In this document: positions 29,282-39,079 of the stretch, piece by piece | Layout of the letters: each line of letters starts with the position of its first letter | Position numbering within the stretch: position 1 is the first letter of the stretch | DNA from: Candidatus Hydrogenedentales bacterium | GTDB taxonomy: Bacteria; Hydrogenedentota; Hydrogenedentia; Hydrogenedentales; SLHB01 | Assembly: GCA_041859045.1 (NCBI GenBank) | Contig: JBHELB010000039.1 | Coordinates: 9,958-73,957, forward strand | DNA: 64,000 nt | Direction: 5' to 3' | The notes under the pieces: model-generated | The model's database searches: none | Told to the model about the DNA's origin: nothing | Seen by the model: only the letters and a program-made list of their open reading frames with translations | Translations under genes and position numbers: made by a program

Positions 29282-29463
29282 GCGGCCGGGGGTGGGTCTT
29301 TGTTTTCGACCCAGACAGCAGTATTCGTCACTTACCCGGGCAAAAGTGCGCGGGTGAGGTGTGTCTGTGGCGCAAAACGAAGCTCATTCCGGATGGAGTT
29401 TTCATGTTATCGGGGATAGGGGACCGGTCTCTGACAAGGGGCCAAACGCGAAGGAGAAGGCAG

Positions 29464-31041
29464 ATGCGCAAGGGGCTTTTGGTGCTGGCTGTTGCGGCGA
29501 TGATGTTCTGCACGGCCGCCTCCGCCGAGCTGCAGAATGTGCAGGTTGGCGGCGAGGTTCGCATTATGGGGAACTGGATTCCGAACTGGGCGGTCGAGCC
29601 GGGGCCGTTGGAGATTCGGATTCCGGCGACGCAGTTGTTCAACCGTCCGATCGGCGACATGGTGACGCGTGGGGCGTTCAACGGCGCGGGCATCTTGAGC
29701 CCGTATGCGTGGGGCAACACGAACGACCTGCGTCTGATCGAAGAGCGCACGCGCGTGAACTTCAAGGCGGAGTTCACGGACAACGTGAGCGCGTTCATCG
29801 AGCTCGAGAGCTATGATTTTTGGGGCGAGGATTTCCGTTCGAACTACGTGACCGGCGCGGATGCGCGCGCGGCGACGGGTGATGACGTGGAAGTGTATCA
29901 GTCGTACATCGAGACGAGCGAAATGTACGGCTATCCGGTGTCGCTGCGCATTGGCCGCCAGGAATTGGCGTTCGGTAATCAGTGGCTGGTCGGGCCGAAG
30001 GACTTCGGCCCGTTCTTCCGCGGCCGTTCGTTCGATGCGATTCGCGCGACGTACGCGACGGACCTGTTCAAGGTCGACGCGTGGATGTCGAAGCTGAACG
30101 AAGGCGGCGTGGCGGAGCAGGACGGCGACGTCGATTTCTACGGCGTGTACGGCACGTACCTGGGCCTTGAGAACATCACGATCGACGCGTACTGGATGCT
30201 GGTCCGCGATGGCCGCAGCCTGAACGACACCAATCGTCTCTGGTTCGGCGAGTGGATCGAAGACGTGTTGAACCTGGATGACTACGACGTGACGAATCTC
30301 AACACGGTGGGTCTGCGCGGCGCGGGCAAAATCGACGCGTTCGATTTCGATGCGGAAGTGGCCTATCAGTTCGGCAGCGCGGATCAGGTTGGTTTCGCGT
30401 TCAAGCCGTTCACGTACGGCGACGACGGCGCGGACTACGGCGTGTGGGGCGCGAACCTGGGCGCGGGCTACACCTTCGACATGATGTGGCAGCCGCGCCT
30501 TCACCTGGGCTACACCTACTACGGCGGCGAAGACAACCGCGACATCAATTTCTGGCAGTGGCTGAATCCGTTCGACCTGCCGGAGGCGAGCGTCAGCTTC
30601 AACCGTCTGTTCACGAACGTGATGCACGGCGGTTTCCTCGATCTGCAGGGCGACTTTTCGAACGGCCACGTGTTCGAGGCCGACGTGATGGCGCACCCGA
30701 CCGAGAAGACGATGGTCATGCTGGGGCTGACCTATTTCATGGCCGACGAGACGTTCTCGTACCCGATGTTCGTGAAGATCGGCAAGTTCCGCGTGCCGGT
30801 GGCCCCGAACCTGTCCTTCTGGGATAAGGGCGGCGACAGCGACATCGGTTGGCAGCTCGACCTGGTCGGCGCGTACAACTACAGCGAAGACCTGTCGTTC
30901 ATGCTTCACTGGAGCCACATGTTTGTGGGCGACGGCCTGAGCGACGGCAACTTCAACGCCTGGAACGGCCTACTGTTCACCGGCGGCGACGGCGAAGACG
31001 ACTCCGACTACTACTGTGTCGAGACGCGTATTCGCTTCTAG
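29464..31041 (+). CDS. outer-membrane beta-barrel protein (porin-like)
   Basis: Signal peptide MRKGLLVLAVAAMMFCTAASA; alternating aromatic/Gly-rich beta-strand pattern; terminal Phe (TRIRF); RBS aaggagaagg. Confidence 0.65.
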   Translation: MRKGLLVLAVAAMMFCTAASAELQNVQVGGEVRIMGNWIPNWAVEPGPLEIRIPATQLFNRPIGDMVTRGAFNGAGILSPYAWGNTNDLRLIEERTRVNFKAEFTDNVSAFIELESYDFWGEDFRSNYVTGADARAATGDDVEVYQSYIETSEMYGYPVSLRIGRQELAFGNQWLVGPKDFGPFFRGRSFDAIRATYATDLFKVDAWMSKLNEGGVAEQDGDVDFYGVYGTYLGLENITIDAYWMLVRDGRSLNDTNRLWFGEWIEDVLNLDDYDVTNLNTVGLRGAGKIDAFDFDAEVAYQFGSADQVGFAFKPFTYGDDGADYGVWGANLGAGYTFDMMWQPRLHLGYTYYGGEDNRDINFWQWLNPFDLPEASVSFNRLFTNVMHGGFLDLQGDFSNGHVFEADVMAHPTEKTMVMLGLTYFMADETFSYPMFVKIGKFRVPVAPNLSFWDKGGDSDIGWQLDLVGAYNYSEDLSFMLHWSHMFVGDGLSDGNFNAWNGLLFTGGDGEDDSDYYCVETRIRF

Positions 31042-31107
31042 CATCTGACAAATAACGGGGGGAATCCTCAATAGAGAGGGTTCCCCCCGCAGTTATTTGG
31101 GGTGTGG

Positions 31108-31215
31108 CTACCGCAGGATGCGGACAACGGCGACGGCGATGATCAGCGGCACGATCATAATCAGCACGCGCCAGTGTTCGGTGACGTAGAGAAAGATGTC
31201 GCGCCAGGTGATCAT
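31108..31215 (-). CDS. 35-aa hydrophobic micro-protein, translationally coupled (ATGA overlap)
   Basis: MITWRDIFLYVTEHWRVLIMIVPLIIAVAVVRILR. Its ATG overlaps the TGA of the upstream zinc-ribbon gene. Below the ORF-track threshold; coordinates +/-1. Confidence 0.3.
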   Translation of the reverse strand: MITWRDIFLYVTEHWRVLIMIVPLIIAVAVVRILR

Positions 31216-31964
31216 GGGCCGTACTTCTTTTTCTGTTGTTCACGCCACTTGGCGAGGTCGGCGGGATTCAGGCCATCGCGTTCCATGCGCATCACGCCGT
31301 CGCCACGGTCGTCTTTGTCCGGCGCGGCGAACAGAATATGCAGGCCAAGACCGATCGTGATGACCGCCACGGCGATGCCCGCGACGCAGCGGAAGCGGTC
31401 GTGATAGTATTTCTCGCGCCAGAGTCCCCATGCGCCCCAGAGCATCGCAAGAAGCGGGATGATCATCAGCACGAGCGCGGGATGAAACAGCCCCAGCGGC
31501 GGAATCGGCACGCGCGGGAGATTTGGCAGCGCCCAGACGATGCCCATCGCGAAGAAACCCACGCCCGCAGTGTACACGCAGAGCTGCCACACCGGGGGCG
31601 CGGCCCAGCCGCTTTGCACTAGGGCCTCGTCGGCGATATCCGTGGCAGGGCGATGGCGATGTGTGTGATGTTCGTGAGGCGCGGGCGGCTCGGGGGCGTT
31701 CTGCAACGCCGCGAAGGACGTTGCGGGCGCTTCTTGCTCGGGCTCGGGCTCAGTGGCGTGTCGATGCGCCTCGGTTTGGCGGCTCTTGCGCTCGTCGTAA
31801 CAGACTTTGCACAGGCGGCGTCCGCCCTTGGTGAGGTGGATGTGATTTCCACAGACCATCTTGCGGCAGCGGTCGCACCCGATGCCGCAGACGTCGCACA
31901 GCAACACCCCACACTCGACGCAAAAGCCCATCGAACTGCGGATTTGGCAGAGCGCGCATTCCAT
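31212..31964 (-). CDS. zinc-ribbon (B-box-like, 4 x CxxC) membrane protein
   Basis: N-terminal CALC...CVEC...CDVC...CDRC...CGNH...CKVC, His/Pro-rich linker, then 3-4 TM helices. Confidence 0.6.
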   Translation of the reverse strand: MECALCQIRSSMGFCVECGVLLCDVCGIGCDRCRKMVCGNHIHLTKGGRRLCKVCYDERKSRQTEAHRHATEPEPEQEAPATSFAALQNAPEPPAPHEHHTHRHRPATDIADEALVQSGWAAPPVWQLCVYTAGVGFFAMGIVWALPNLPRVPIPPLGLFHPALVLMIIPLLAMLWGAWGLWREKYYHDRFRCVAGIAVAVITIGLGLHILFAAPDKDDRGDGVMRMERDGLNPADLAKWREQQKKKYGP

Positions 31965-32124
31965 TGGAGGCCTCCCGCCACGGTTGAGGTCACTCTAGCA
32001 CAGGGCAGGCAGCGTCGCAATAGGCCGTCGGCGCGGGGCGATTCGCGGGGTTGCATTTTACCCCCCAAAAACGTCACTCTTACCTCCCGGTTTTTAGGTT
32101 CTGTGTGGTGGGAAACGGTATGCG

Positions 32125-33516
32125 ATGAAATATGTCTTTTGGGGTTGGTTGGGGGTCATGCTCGTGTTGTCGGGCGTGGCGGCGATCTGGCGGCCCGCGC
32201 CAACTGACAATCGAATCAAACTCGTCTGGGCTACAGACGACGCGCCGAACCGGCGCGAAGTCGTCGCGTTGTTCAACGCCACGAACACGAAATACCGCGT
32301 CGAGCTCGACTCGCAACAAGCGGGTGGCGGATTCGAAAAGGTCATCATCCAGTGCCTGGCGGGCGTCGGACCGGACATGTTCGACTGCTACGACCCGTTC
32401 CAGTTGGCGGCGTTTGTTCGCGCCGGGGTGGCGCGCGACTGTACTGATGACCTTGCGGCGATGGGCGTGGATATGAGCGAGGTTTGGCCCTGTGTCGAGC
32501 CGACGTTCCGGTTGGATGGGCGGGTCTACGGACACCCCGGCAACGTTTCCGCCCCGGCGATCTGGTACAACAAGCGCCTGTTCGACGAGGCGGGCGTGCC
32601 GTATCCGCGGCCGGATTGGACCTGGGATGAGTTCATGGACATCGCGCGCAAACTGACGCGGCGCGATGAGTACGGGCGGCCGGTGCAGTTTGGTTATTTG
32701 GGGCCAGCGGATCCATTGCAGTTCAAGCTGTTCGTTCACATGTGGAACGGGCACTTTTACAACGAGGCGCGGACGCGCTCCATTCTCGATAGTCCAGAGG
32801 CCGGGGCGGGCATTCAGTTCCTGCAGGACCTCGTCTACAAGCACCGTATCATGCCCACGCCATCCGACGAAGGAGCGATGGCCTCCGCGGGCGGTTGGGG
32901 GACGGCGACGATTTCGTTGCTTGCGGGCGAGAAAGGGGCGATGGCCACGGGAGGGCGGTGGTGGCTGCTGATTTTGCGCAAGCCGGAGTATCGCCATCTG
33001 CGCCTGGGGGTGGTGGAACTCCCGCGCGGGCCGTCCGGCCGTATTCTCGGCGACGGGAAATCGACGCTCATTAACAAGCATAGCAGCCAAATCGCGGGCG
33101 CGCTCGAATTTCTCGCGTTCCTGCACGGCCAAGCATACAACGACCTTATCAACCGACAAGCCGACGGCCTTGCGCCCGTGATGAAGTATTGCAGCACGGA
33201 CGCGTTCCTGCACAACCCCGAGTATCCGCAAGAGGACTATAACGACGCGTGGCGCGCGGCGGCGGCGCACGCGGATCCGAATGCGGTGAGCCCCTATATC
33301 AACGGCGCCACGGCGGACAAAACGCTGATCATGCAGTCCGACCTGGTGAAAGCGGGGAAAAAGACGGGCGAAGACGCCATGCGTTCGACGGCCATTGAAT
33401 TGAACAAAGCCATCGTACGGCAACTCCGCATCGACCCGTCGTTGAAGGAAAAGTACATGCAGGCGGTTGCCGCGGGGGCCGCGCCCGCCTGGGATCGCCC
33501 CGAGGACGCGCCATGA
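32125..33516 (+). CDS. sugar ABC transporter substrate-binding protein (family 1)
   Basis: N-terminal anchor/signal, SBP_bac_1-like length and composition; operon with two permeases. Confidence 0.75.
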   Translation: MKYVFWGWLGVMLVLSGVAAIWRPAPTDNRIKLVWATDDAPNRREVVALFNATNTKYRVELDSQQAGGGFEKVIIQCLAGVGPDMFDCYDPFQLAAFVRAGVARDCTDDLAAMGVDMSEVWPCVEPTFRLDGRVYGHPGNVSAPAIWYNKRLFDEAGVPYPRPDWTWDEFMDIARKLTRRDEYGRPVQFGYLGPADPLQFKLFVHMWNGHFYNEARTRSILDSPEAGAGIQFLQDLVYKHRIMPTPSDEGAMASAGGWGTATISLLAGEKGAMATGGRWWLLILRKPEYRHLRLGVVELPRGPSGRILGDGKSTLINKHSSQIAGALEFLAFLHGQAYNDLINRQADGLAPVMKYCSTDAFLHNPEYPQEDYNDAWRAAAAHADPNAVSPYINGATADKTLIMQSDLVKAGKKTGEDAMRSTAIELNKAIVRQLRIDPSLKEKYMQAVAAGAAPAWDRPEDAP

Positions 33517-34472
33517 GACCGAACGTTCGCATTACGTTGGTTGCGCTGGCCTTTTTGTTGCCGAACTTTCTCGGGTTCGCGGTGTTCACGCTTGTGCCGG
33601 TGGTCTTTTCGCTGGGCGCGTCGTTCACCAACTGGAACCTGATGCGCACCGTGCCGTTGCGCTTCGTCGGTCTTGAGAATTACCTCGATCTCATCGCGGA
33701 ACCCCGGTTCTGGCTGTACTTCGTCAACACGATCTACCTCATGCTCGGCATGCCGGTGGCCATTGCGGGCTCGCTGCTGCTTGCCGTCATGCTCAGCACG
33801 AAAATCCGCGGGCTCACCGTCTACCGCACGTTGTTCTACCTGCCGTCGTTCACCGCGGGCATCGCCGTGTTCGTGTTGTGGAAACAGCTCTACAACCCAG
33901 AGTTTGGCCCGATTAACACAACGCTGCGCTGGGTGTTCGACATGATCCATCTGGACGCCCTCAAGCCGCCGATGTGGTTGCTGTCCACGGCGAATCTGCT
34001 GGGGCTCGGGGTCGAGCAGGTTGAGTTGACGTTTAGCGAGTTTGGCCTGGGCGCACGCGACGCGATCATCATCATGGGCATCTGGCTGGCGGTGGGCGGC
34101 GGCAACATGCTGTTGTACCTCGCGGGCATCTCGAACATTCCCGAAGAACTGTACGAAGCGGCCGATATCGACGGCGCGAACGCCTGGAAGAAGTTTTGGC
34201 ACGTGACCTGGCCACAGCTTGCCCCGACGACGTTCTTCATCGTGATCATGAGTTTCATCGGCGGGCTGCAGGGCGGGTTCGAACAAGCCCGCGTGATGAC
34301 CAACGGCGGCCCGGCAGGCACCACCACCACCCTGGCCTTCTACATCTACTCAAAAGCGTTCCTTGAGTTTCAAATCGGGTACGCCTCGGCCATTGCGTGG
34401 GTCTTGTTCGCGCTGATCTTCGCGCTCACCGCCGTGAATTGGAGGTATGGCAGCCGCTATGTCAACTACTGA
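33513..34472 (+). CDS. sugar ABC transporter permease (MalF/UgpA-like)
   Basis: 6 TM helices; EAA-like motif region EAADIDGANAWKKFWHVTWP. Confidence 0.85.
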   Translation: MRPNVRITLVALAFLLPNFLGFAVFTLVPVVFSLGASFTNWNLMRTVPLRFVGLENYLDLIAEPRFWLYFVNTIYLMLGMPVAIAGSLLLAVMLSTKIRGLTVYRTLFYLPSFTAGIAVFVLWKQLYNPEFGPINTTLRWVFDMIHLDALKPPMWLLSTANLLGLGVEQVELTFSEFGLGARDAIIIMGIWLAVGGGNMLLYLAGISNIPEELYEAADIDGANAWKKFWHVTWPQLAPTTFFIVIMSFIGGLQGGFEQARVMTNGGPAGTTTTLAFYIYSKAFLEFQIGYASAIAWVLFALIFALTAVNWRYGSRYVNY

Positions 34473-35403
34473 GCGCCCCACGCCCGCTTCCCCCACGACA
34501 GCGCGCCGTTGGTTTGCCCGCAACGGCCGTTTCGGCGTGTATCACGTCTTCCTGGTAATTATCGCGTGTACGATGCTTATCCCGTTCCTGTGGATGGTGA
34601 CCGCCAGCAGCAAACCGCTGAGCGAGGTCGAGCGCATGAGCCCCATCCCCCGCGAGTCGACGGTCCAAAACTACCTCGACCAGAGCGGCGCGGGCGCATT
34701 CTCGTTGCTCGAATATTACGTGCACAATGCGAAGCGCAATTTCGAGGCGGTATGGAATTCGCGGGACATTACCTTCAAGAAGTACTTCTTCAACAGCCTG
34801 TTTGTGGCGGGTTGGGTCACGCTGCTGACCTGTCTCACCAGTTCCATGGCCGCGTACGCCTTTGCGCGGCTCCAGTGGCCGGGCCGCGATGCGGTGTTTA
34901 AGCTCTATTTGGCGACGATGATGATCCCCGGCGTCGTCACGATGATTCCCAACTATACGCTCGTCGTGAAGCTGCATTTGCTCGACACCTACGCCGCGCT
35001 CATCGTGCCCGCCGCGTTCAGCGCCTTTGGCACGTTCCTGTTGCGCCAATTTATGCTCGGCATCCCGCCGTCCATGGACGAAGCCGCCACCATCGACGGC
35101 GCGTCGCATTGGCGGATTTTCTGGGACATCATCCTGCCGCTCTCCCAGCCCGGCCTGGTTACGCTGGCCATGTTCACGTTCCTGGGCCAGTACGGCAGCT
35201 TCTTCTGGCCGCTCGTTTGCATCAAGAGCCAGCACCTCCAGACCCTCCCGGTGGGCATGCTCTACTTCGACACCCTCTACGCCCGCGAGACCAACCTCAT
35301 CATGGCCGCGTCGGTCATCAACATCGTCCCCTTGGTCATCCTGTTCGTCGTACTCCAGAAGCAGATCGTCCGGGGCATCCAACTGGGCGGCGTCAAAGGG
35401 TAA
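34447..35403 (+). CDS. sugar ABC transporter permease (MalG/UgpE-like)
   Basis: EAA motif DEAATIDGASHWRIFWDIILP; start may be 34459 instead. Confidence 0.85.
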   Translation: MAAAMSTTERPTPASPTTARRWFARNGRFGVYHVFLVIIACTMLIPFLWMVTASSKPLSEVERMSPIPRESTVQNYLDQSGAGAFSLLEYYVHNAKRNFEAVWNSRDITFKKYFFNSLFVAGWVTLLTCLTSSMAAYAFARLQWPGRDAVFKLYLATMMIPGVVTMIPNYTLVVKLHLLDTYAALIVPAAFSAFGTFLLRQFMLGIPPSMDEAATIDGASHWRIFWDIILPLSQPGLVTLAMFTFLGQYGSFFWPLVCIKSQHLQTLPVGMLYFDTLYARETNLIMAASVINIVPLVILFVVLQKQIVRGIQLGGVKG

Positions 35404-35502
35404 TTCGTCCCCAATACTCTGTTCCTAAGTTCAGGTATGGCATGCTTTTACCTTCCGCAATCCCCATCATATGGTATGGGTAATCTGTTTACATACAATA
35501 TA

Positions 35503-35531
35503 TTGACGTTTGGGGCCCTCTGTGCTAGACT
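35503..35531 (+). promoter_or_regulatory. candidate promoter TTGACG-17-TAGACT with overlapping palindrome CAATATATTG (35496-35505)
   Basis: Hexamers with 17-nt spacer in an AT-rich island; 10-bp perfect palindrome overlaps the -35. Confidence 0.35.
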
Positions 35532-35608
35532 GCGCTTTGCGAAGGAGAACCCCCTCGAGGGGAGCGACCGGAGCCTCTGACCATTCCGCCGCGCGCGGCA
35601 ATGGCCTG

Positions 35609-35638
35609 TTGGACATCGGCCCCATCCGGGTCTATAAT
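35609..35638 (+). promoter_or_regulatory. sigma70-like promoter TTGGAC-18-TATAAT upstream of thyX
   Basis: Perfect -10 TATAAT, 68 nt upstream of the thyX ATG. Confidence 0.55.
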
Positions 35639-35706
35639 CGACCCTCTGCGAGTTCTCCCAGTCTTTGGTCCCGGCGCTGACGTATCTACGAAGGAATTTG
35701 TTACAC

Positions 35707-36489
35707 ATGGAATGGGTGAAGCCGAGCGTCTTTCTCGTGGGCGAGACACGCGTTGTGGACGAGGGTCTTCATGCGTACTTAGAGCACCTGGGCGTTCCAA
35801 ATTGGACCAGCGACGCCCCCAGCGACCCCGAGCGGTTGACGGAAGTCTTTGGCCGTCTGTGCTACCGGAGCTTTGAGCCGGGGTTGAACCCGAACGTGAC
35901 CCGGGTGCGCCAGGGGAACCAGCCGTACCTGAGCAACGTGGTGAAGGTGGGGCATGGCAGCGTGCTCGAACATGCCGTGTTGAACTTCATATTTGCGGAC
36001 GTAAGCCGGGTGTTTACGCACGAACTGGTGCGCCACCGGGCGGGCACGGCGATCTCGCAGGAGTCGCTGCGTTTTGTGCGGCTGGACCGGCTGTCGGCGT
36101 ATATGCCGATGCATATCCAGGAAAGCGAAGAGGGGATGGCGGTGTTCACCAAGACCCTCGAGCAGTTGGAAGAGGTGCAGAAGAGCCTGGCGCGGGTGTT
36201 TGAGGTCGAGACGGAAGAGGCGTTTTCGCGCAAGAAGAAGCTGACCTCGGCGTTCCGCCGGGTGGCGCCGGAAGGCGTGGCGACGACGGTGGGGTGGTCG
36301 TGCAATTTCCGCGCGCTGCGCCATGTGATCGAAATGCGCACCGCGCCGGACGCGGAAGAGGAAATTCGCCTGGTGTTTGGCCAGGTTTATGAACAAGTGC
36401 ACCGGCGGTATCCGAACCTCCTGGGCGACTATGAAGTCGTTGAGGCGGACGGATTGCCGTGGGTGAAGACCACGAACAAAAAAGTATAA
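35707..36489 (+). CDS. thyX: FAD-dependent thymidylate synthase ThyX
   Basis: ThyX signature RHRxxxxxxS (VRHRAGTAISQES); start MEWVKPSVFLVGETR. Confidence 0.8.
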   Translation: MEWVKPSVFLVGETRVVDEGLHAYLEHLGVPNWTSDAPSDPERLTEVFGRLCYRSFEPGLNPNVTRVRQGNQPYLSNVVKVGHGSVLEHAVLNFIFADVSRVFTHELVRHRAGTAISQESLRFVRLDRLSAYMPMHIQESEEGMAVFTKTLEQLEEVQKSLARVFEVETEEAFSRKKKLTSAFRRVAPEGVATTVGWSCNFRALRHVIEMRTAPDAEEEIRLVFGQVYEQVHRRYPNLLGDYEVVEADGLPWVKTTNKKV

Positions 36490-36533
36490 GAAGACTGTTT
36501 GTCCCAGTCGTCACGTCTTGGGAGGGACTGACC

Positions 36534-38609
36534 ATGTTATTCACCGTGACCGAGCGTTTCTATCTTTCCGAGCGTTTTTTGGAGCGTTTCAGCGGGCAGC
36601 AGCCGAAGTGGGGGCCGCTGGGGTATGTGACGTTCAAGCGCACGTATGCCCGCGTGGTGGACGGCGAGACCAAGCGCACCGAGGAGTACTGGGAGACGCT
36701 GAAGCGTGTGGTGGAGGGCTGCTACACGATCCAGCTCAACCATTGCCGCAATTTGAAGCTGCCGTGGAATCCGCAGAAGGCGCAGCGCTCGGCGCAGGAA
36801 ATGTACCGGTTGATGTGGGAGTTCAAGTTCCTTCCGCCGGGGCGCGGCTTGTGGATGATGGGAACGGACTATATTTACGAGCGGGGCTCGGGCGCGCTGA
36901 ATAACTGCGCGTTCGTGTCGACGGCGGAAATCGACTTCAGCTTTTCCGAGCCGTTCTGTTTCTTGATGGACCTCTCCATGCTCGGCGTGGGCGTGGCGTT
37001 TGACACGAAAGGCGCGGGCCAAGTCGAGGTGCAGACCCCGCAGGTCGGCGCTTCCACGTACGTCGTCGACGACTCGAAGGAAGGCTGGGTGGATCTCGTG
37101 CGCTGCCTGCTGGAGGCCTATGTGGGCCACGGCAAGCGCCCGGCGCATATCGATTACTCGCGCGTCCGCCCGATGGGCGCGCCGATCCGCACCTTTGGCG
37201 GCATCGCGCCGGGTCCCGGCCCGTTGATGGAATGCGTGGAGAACATCGACAAGGTTTTGAAGCCGCGCATCGGCGAACGGATCACGTCCACGGATATCAC
37301 CGATCTCATGAACGTGCTCGGCAAGTGTGTGGTGTCGGGCGGCGTGCGGCGCACGGCCGAGCTGGCGCTGGGCAGCCCGGAAGACGCCGACTACCTCAAG
37401 CTCAAAGACCCGGATTTGCACGGCGAGCAGTTGATGGCGTGGCGCTGGGCTTCGAACAACAGCGTCGAGGCGCGCGTGGGAATGGACTACACCCAGGTGG
37501 GCCAGCAGACCGCGAAAAACGGCGAGCCGGGGTATTTCTGGCTGGAGAATGCGCGCGCGTATGGGCGTCTGAAAGACGGGCCGACCTGGGTGGACGCGAA
37601 GGTCGCGGGCACGAATCCTTGCGCGGAGCAGAGCCTCGAGTCGTATGAGATCTGCAACCTCGTCGAAACGTTCCCGTCACTGCATGAAAGCTACGAGGAG
37701 TACGAGCGGACGCTGAAGTTCGCGTATCTCTACGCGAAGACCGTCACGCTGATCCCCACACACATCGAACGCACGAACGCAATCATGTTGCGCAACCGGC
37801 GCATCGGACTGTCGCAATCGGGCATCATCGAATCGTTTGAACGCCACGGCCGGCGCACGCATCTGGAATGGTGCGACCGCGGCTATGCATACATCGCCAA
37901 GCTCGACCGCATCTACGCGCAGTGGCTGTGCATTCCCGAGAGCATTAAGAAGACCAGCATCAAGCCGAGCGGCACGGTGTCGCTGCTGCCCGGCGTCACG
38001 CCCGGCATTCACTATCCGCACGCGGAGTTCTACTACCGCACAATCCGCCTTGACCGCACGAGCCCGTTGGTTGAGCCGATTCGCCGCGCAGGTTACCGGA
38101 TCGAGGAATCGGTCTATGGCGACAACACGTACGTGGTGTACTTTCCTGTCAAGCAGAAGCACTTCCAACGCTCCAAGCACGACGTGTCAGTCTGGGAGCA
38201 GGTCGAGAACGTGGCGCAGATGCAACACTACTGGGCGGACAATCAAGTCAGCGCGACCGTAACGTTCAAGGCCGAGGAGGCGCACGAACTGCCGTTCATT
38301 CTTGAGCTGTACGAGCCGAAGCTGAAGTCGATCAGCTTCCTGCCGCTCAAGGACCACAATTACGCGCAGGCGCCGTATCAGGAGATCACCGAGGAGATGT
38401 ACAACAACGCCTCGGTGCGCCTGAAGCCGCTGAACTTCGAGAACCTGAATACGGATGAGGCGCTGGACCTCTACTGCGACGGCGACAAGTGCGAGATGCC
38501 CGTGCAGGAGGTTGAGGTGGTTGTTCCGCAGGAAGAGTTCTCGTTCGAGTTCGACAAGTCGAACGGCAAAGAACACTCCGCGGAAGAGGAGACGGCGGTT
38601 CCGAAATAG
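36534..38609 (+). CDS. nrdJ: adenosylcobalamin-dependent (class II) ribonucleotide reductase-like
   Basis: Active-site motif TNPCAEQ (NPCGE family, thiyl Cys plus Glu); C-terminal Cys pair CDGDKC; about 690 aa monomeric size; no ATP-cone. Confidence 0.55.
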   Translation: MLFTVTERFYLSERFLERFSGQQPKWGPLGYVTFKRTYARVVDGETKRTEEYWETLKRVVEGCYTIQLNHCRNLKLPWNPQKAQRSAQEMYRLMWEFKFLPPGRGLWMMGTDYIYERGSGALNNCAFVSTAEIDFSFSEPFCFLMDLSMLGVGVAFDTKGAGQVEVQTPQVGASTYVVDDSKEGWVDLVRCLLEAYVGHGKRPAHIDYSRVRPMGAPIRTFGGIAPGPGPLMECVENIDKVLKPRIGERITSTDITDLMNVLGKCVVSGGVRRTAELALGSPEDADYLKLKDPDLHGEQLMAWRWASNNSVEARVGMDYTQVGQQTAKNGEPGYFWLENARAYGRLKDGPTWVDAKVAGTNPCAEQSLESYEICNLVETFPSLHESYEEYERTLKFAYLYAKTVTLIPTHIERTNAIMLRNRRIGLSQSGIIESFERHGRRTHLEWCDRGYAYIAKLDRIYAQWLCIPESIKKTSIKPSGTVSLLPGVTPGIHYPHAEFYYRTIRLDRTSPLVEPIRRAGYRIEESVYGDNTYVVYFPVKQKHFQRSKHDVSVWEQVENVAQMQHYWADNQVSATVTFKAEEAHELPFILELYEPKLKSISFLPLKDHNYAQAPYQEITEEMYNNASVRLKPLNFENLNTDEALDLYCDGDKCEMPVQEVEVVVPQEEFSFEFDKSNGKEHSAEEETAVPK

Positions 38610-38628
38610 GCGCATCAGGAAGGACACC

Positions 38629-38856
38629 ATGCTCTCGAAAAAAACGAACTATCGTCTAGTCGTGTGCTTTGTTCTTGTCCAGGCTGTTGCGGTATGCGTG
38701 GTCCTCGGGCTGTTTCTTGTGGACTTCGCGGCGAGCTTCGCGCTGACAAAAGAGCGGCCTTCAGTTGAAGGGATGCTCCTGATCCTGGTGAACCTCAACG
38801 TCCTCTTGCTTCTCTTGCTGAACATCAAGCAGCACCCACCGAAGGACGGCGAATAG
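38629..38856 (+). CDS. small 2-TM hypothetical membrane protein
   Basis: 76 aa, RBS aggaagga, 20 nt after the RNR stop. Confidence 0.35.
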   Translation: MLSKKTNYRLVVCFVLVQAVAVCVVLGLFLVDFAASFALTKERPSVEGMLLILVNLNVLLLLLLNIKQHPPKDGE

Positions 38857-39079
38857 CGCCCCAGAACGTTACCCACAGGCCTTGCGAGCAGAAAGGTTCG
38901 TGCGCGTAACCCGGGTCTTGAGGCTCGATTCGTGCGCGATCATGCTGTTGACACGGCGGAAGTGCTGGCAGTCCCCGCTTTTCCTACAGGACTTGCTTTC
39001 AATCGCCCCTTGATGCGATGACATGCCACGGCGCAAAAACCGCGACCTGGAGTAAGAACCTTCGCCTCAGGCGCTTCTG

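Noticed and set aside
29407-30918. 503-aa minus-strand ORF
   Set aside because: Antisense to the OMP gene; R/V/A/H-rich junk.
32080-33423. 447-aa minus-strand ORF
   Set aside because: Antisense to the ABC substrate-binding gene; R/P-rich.
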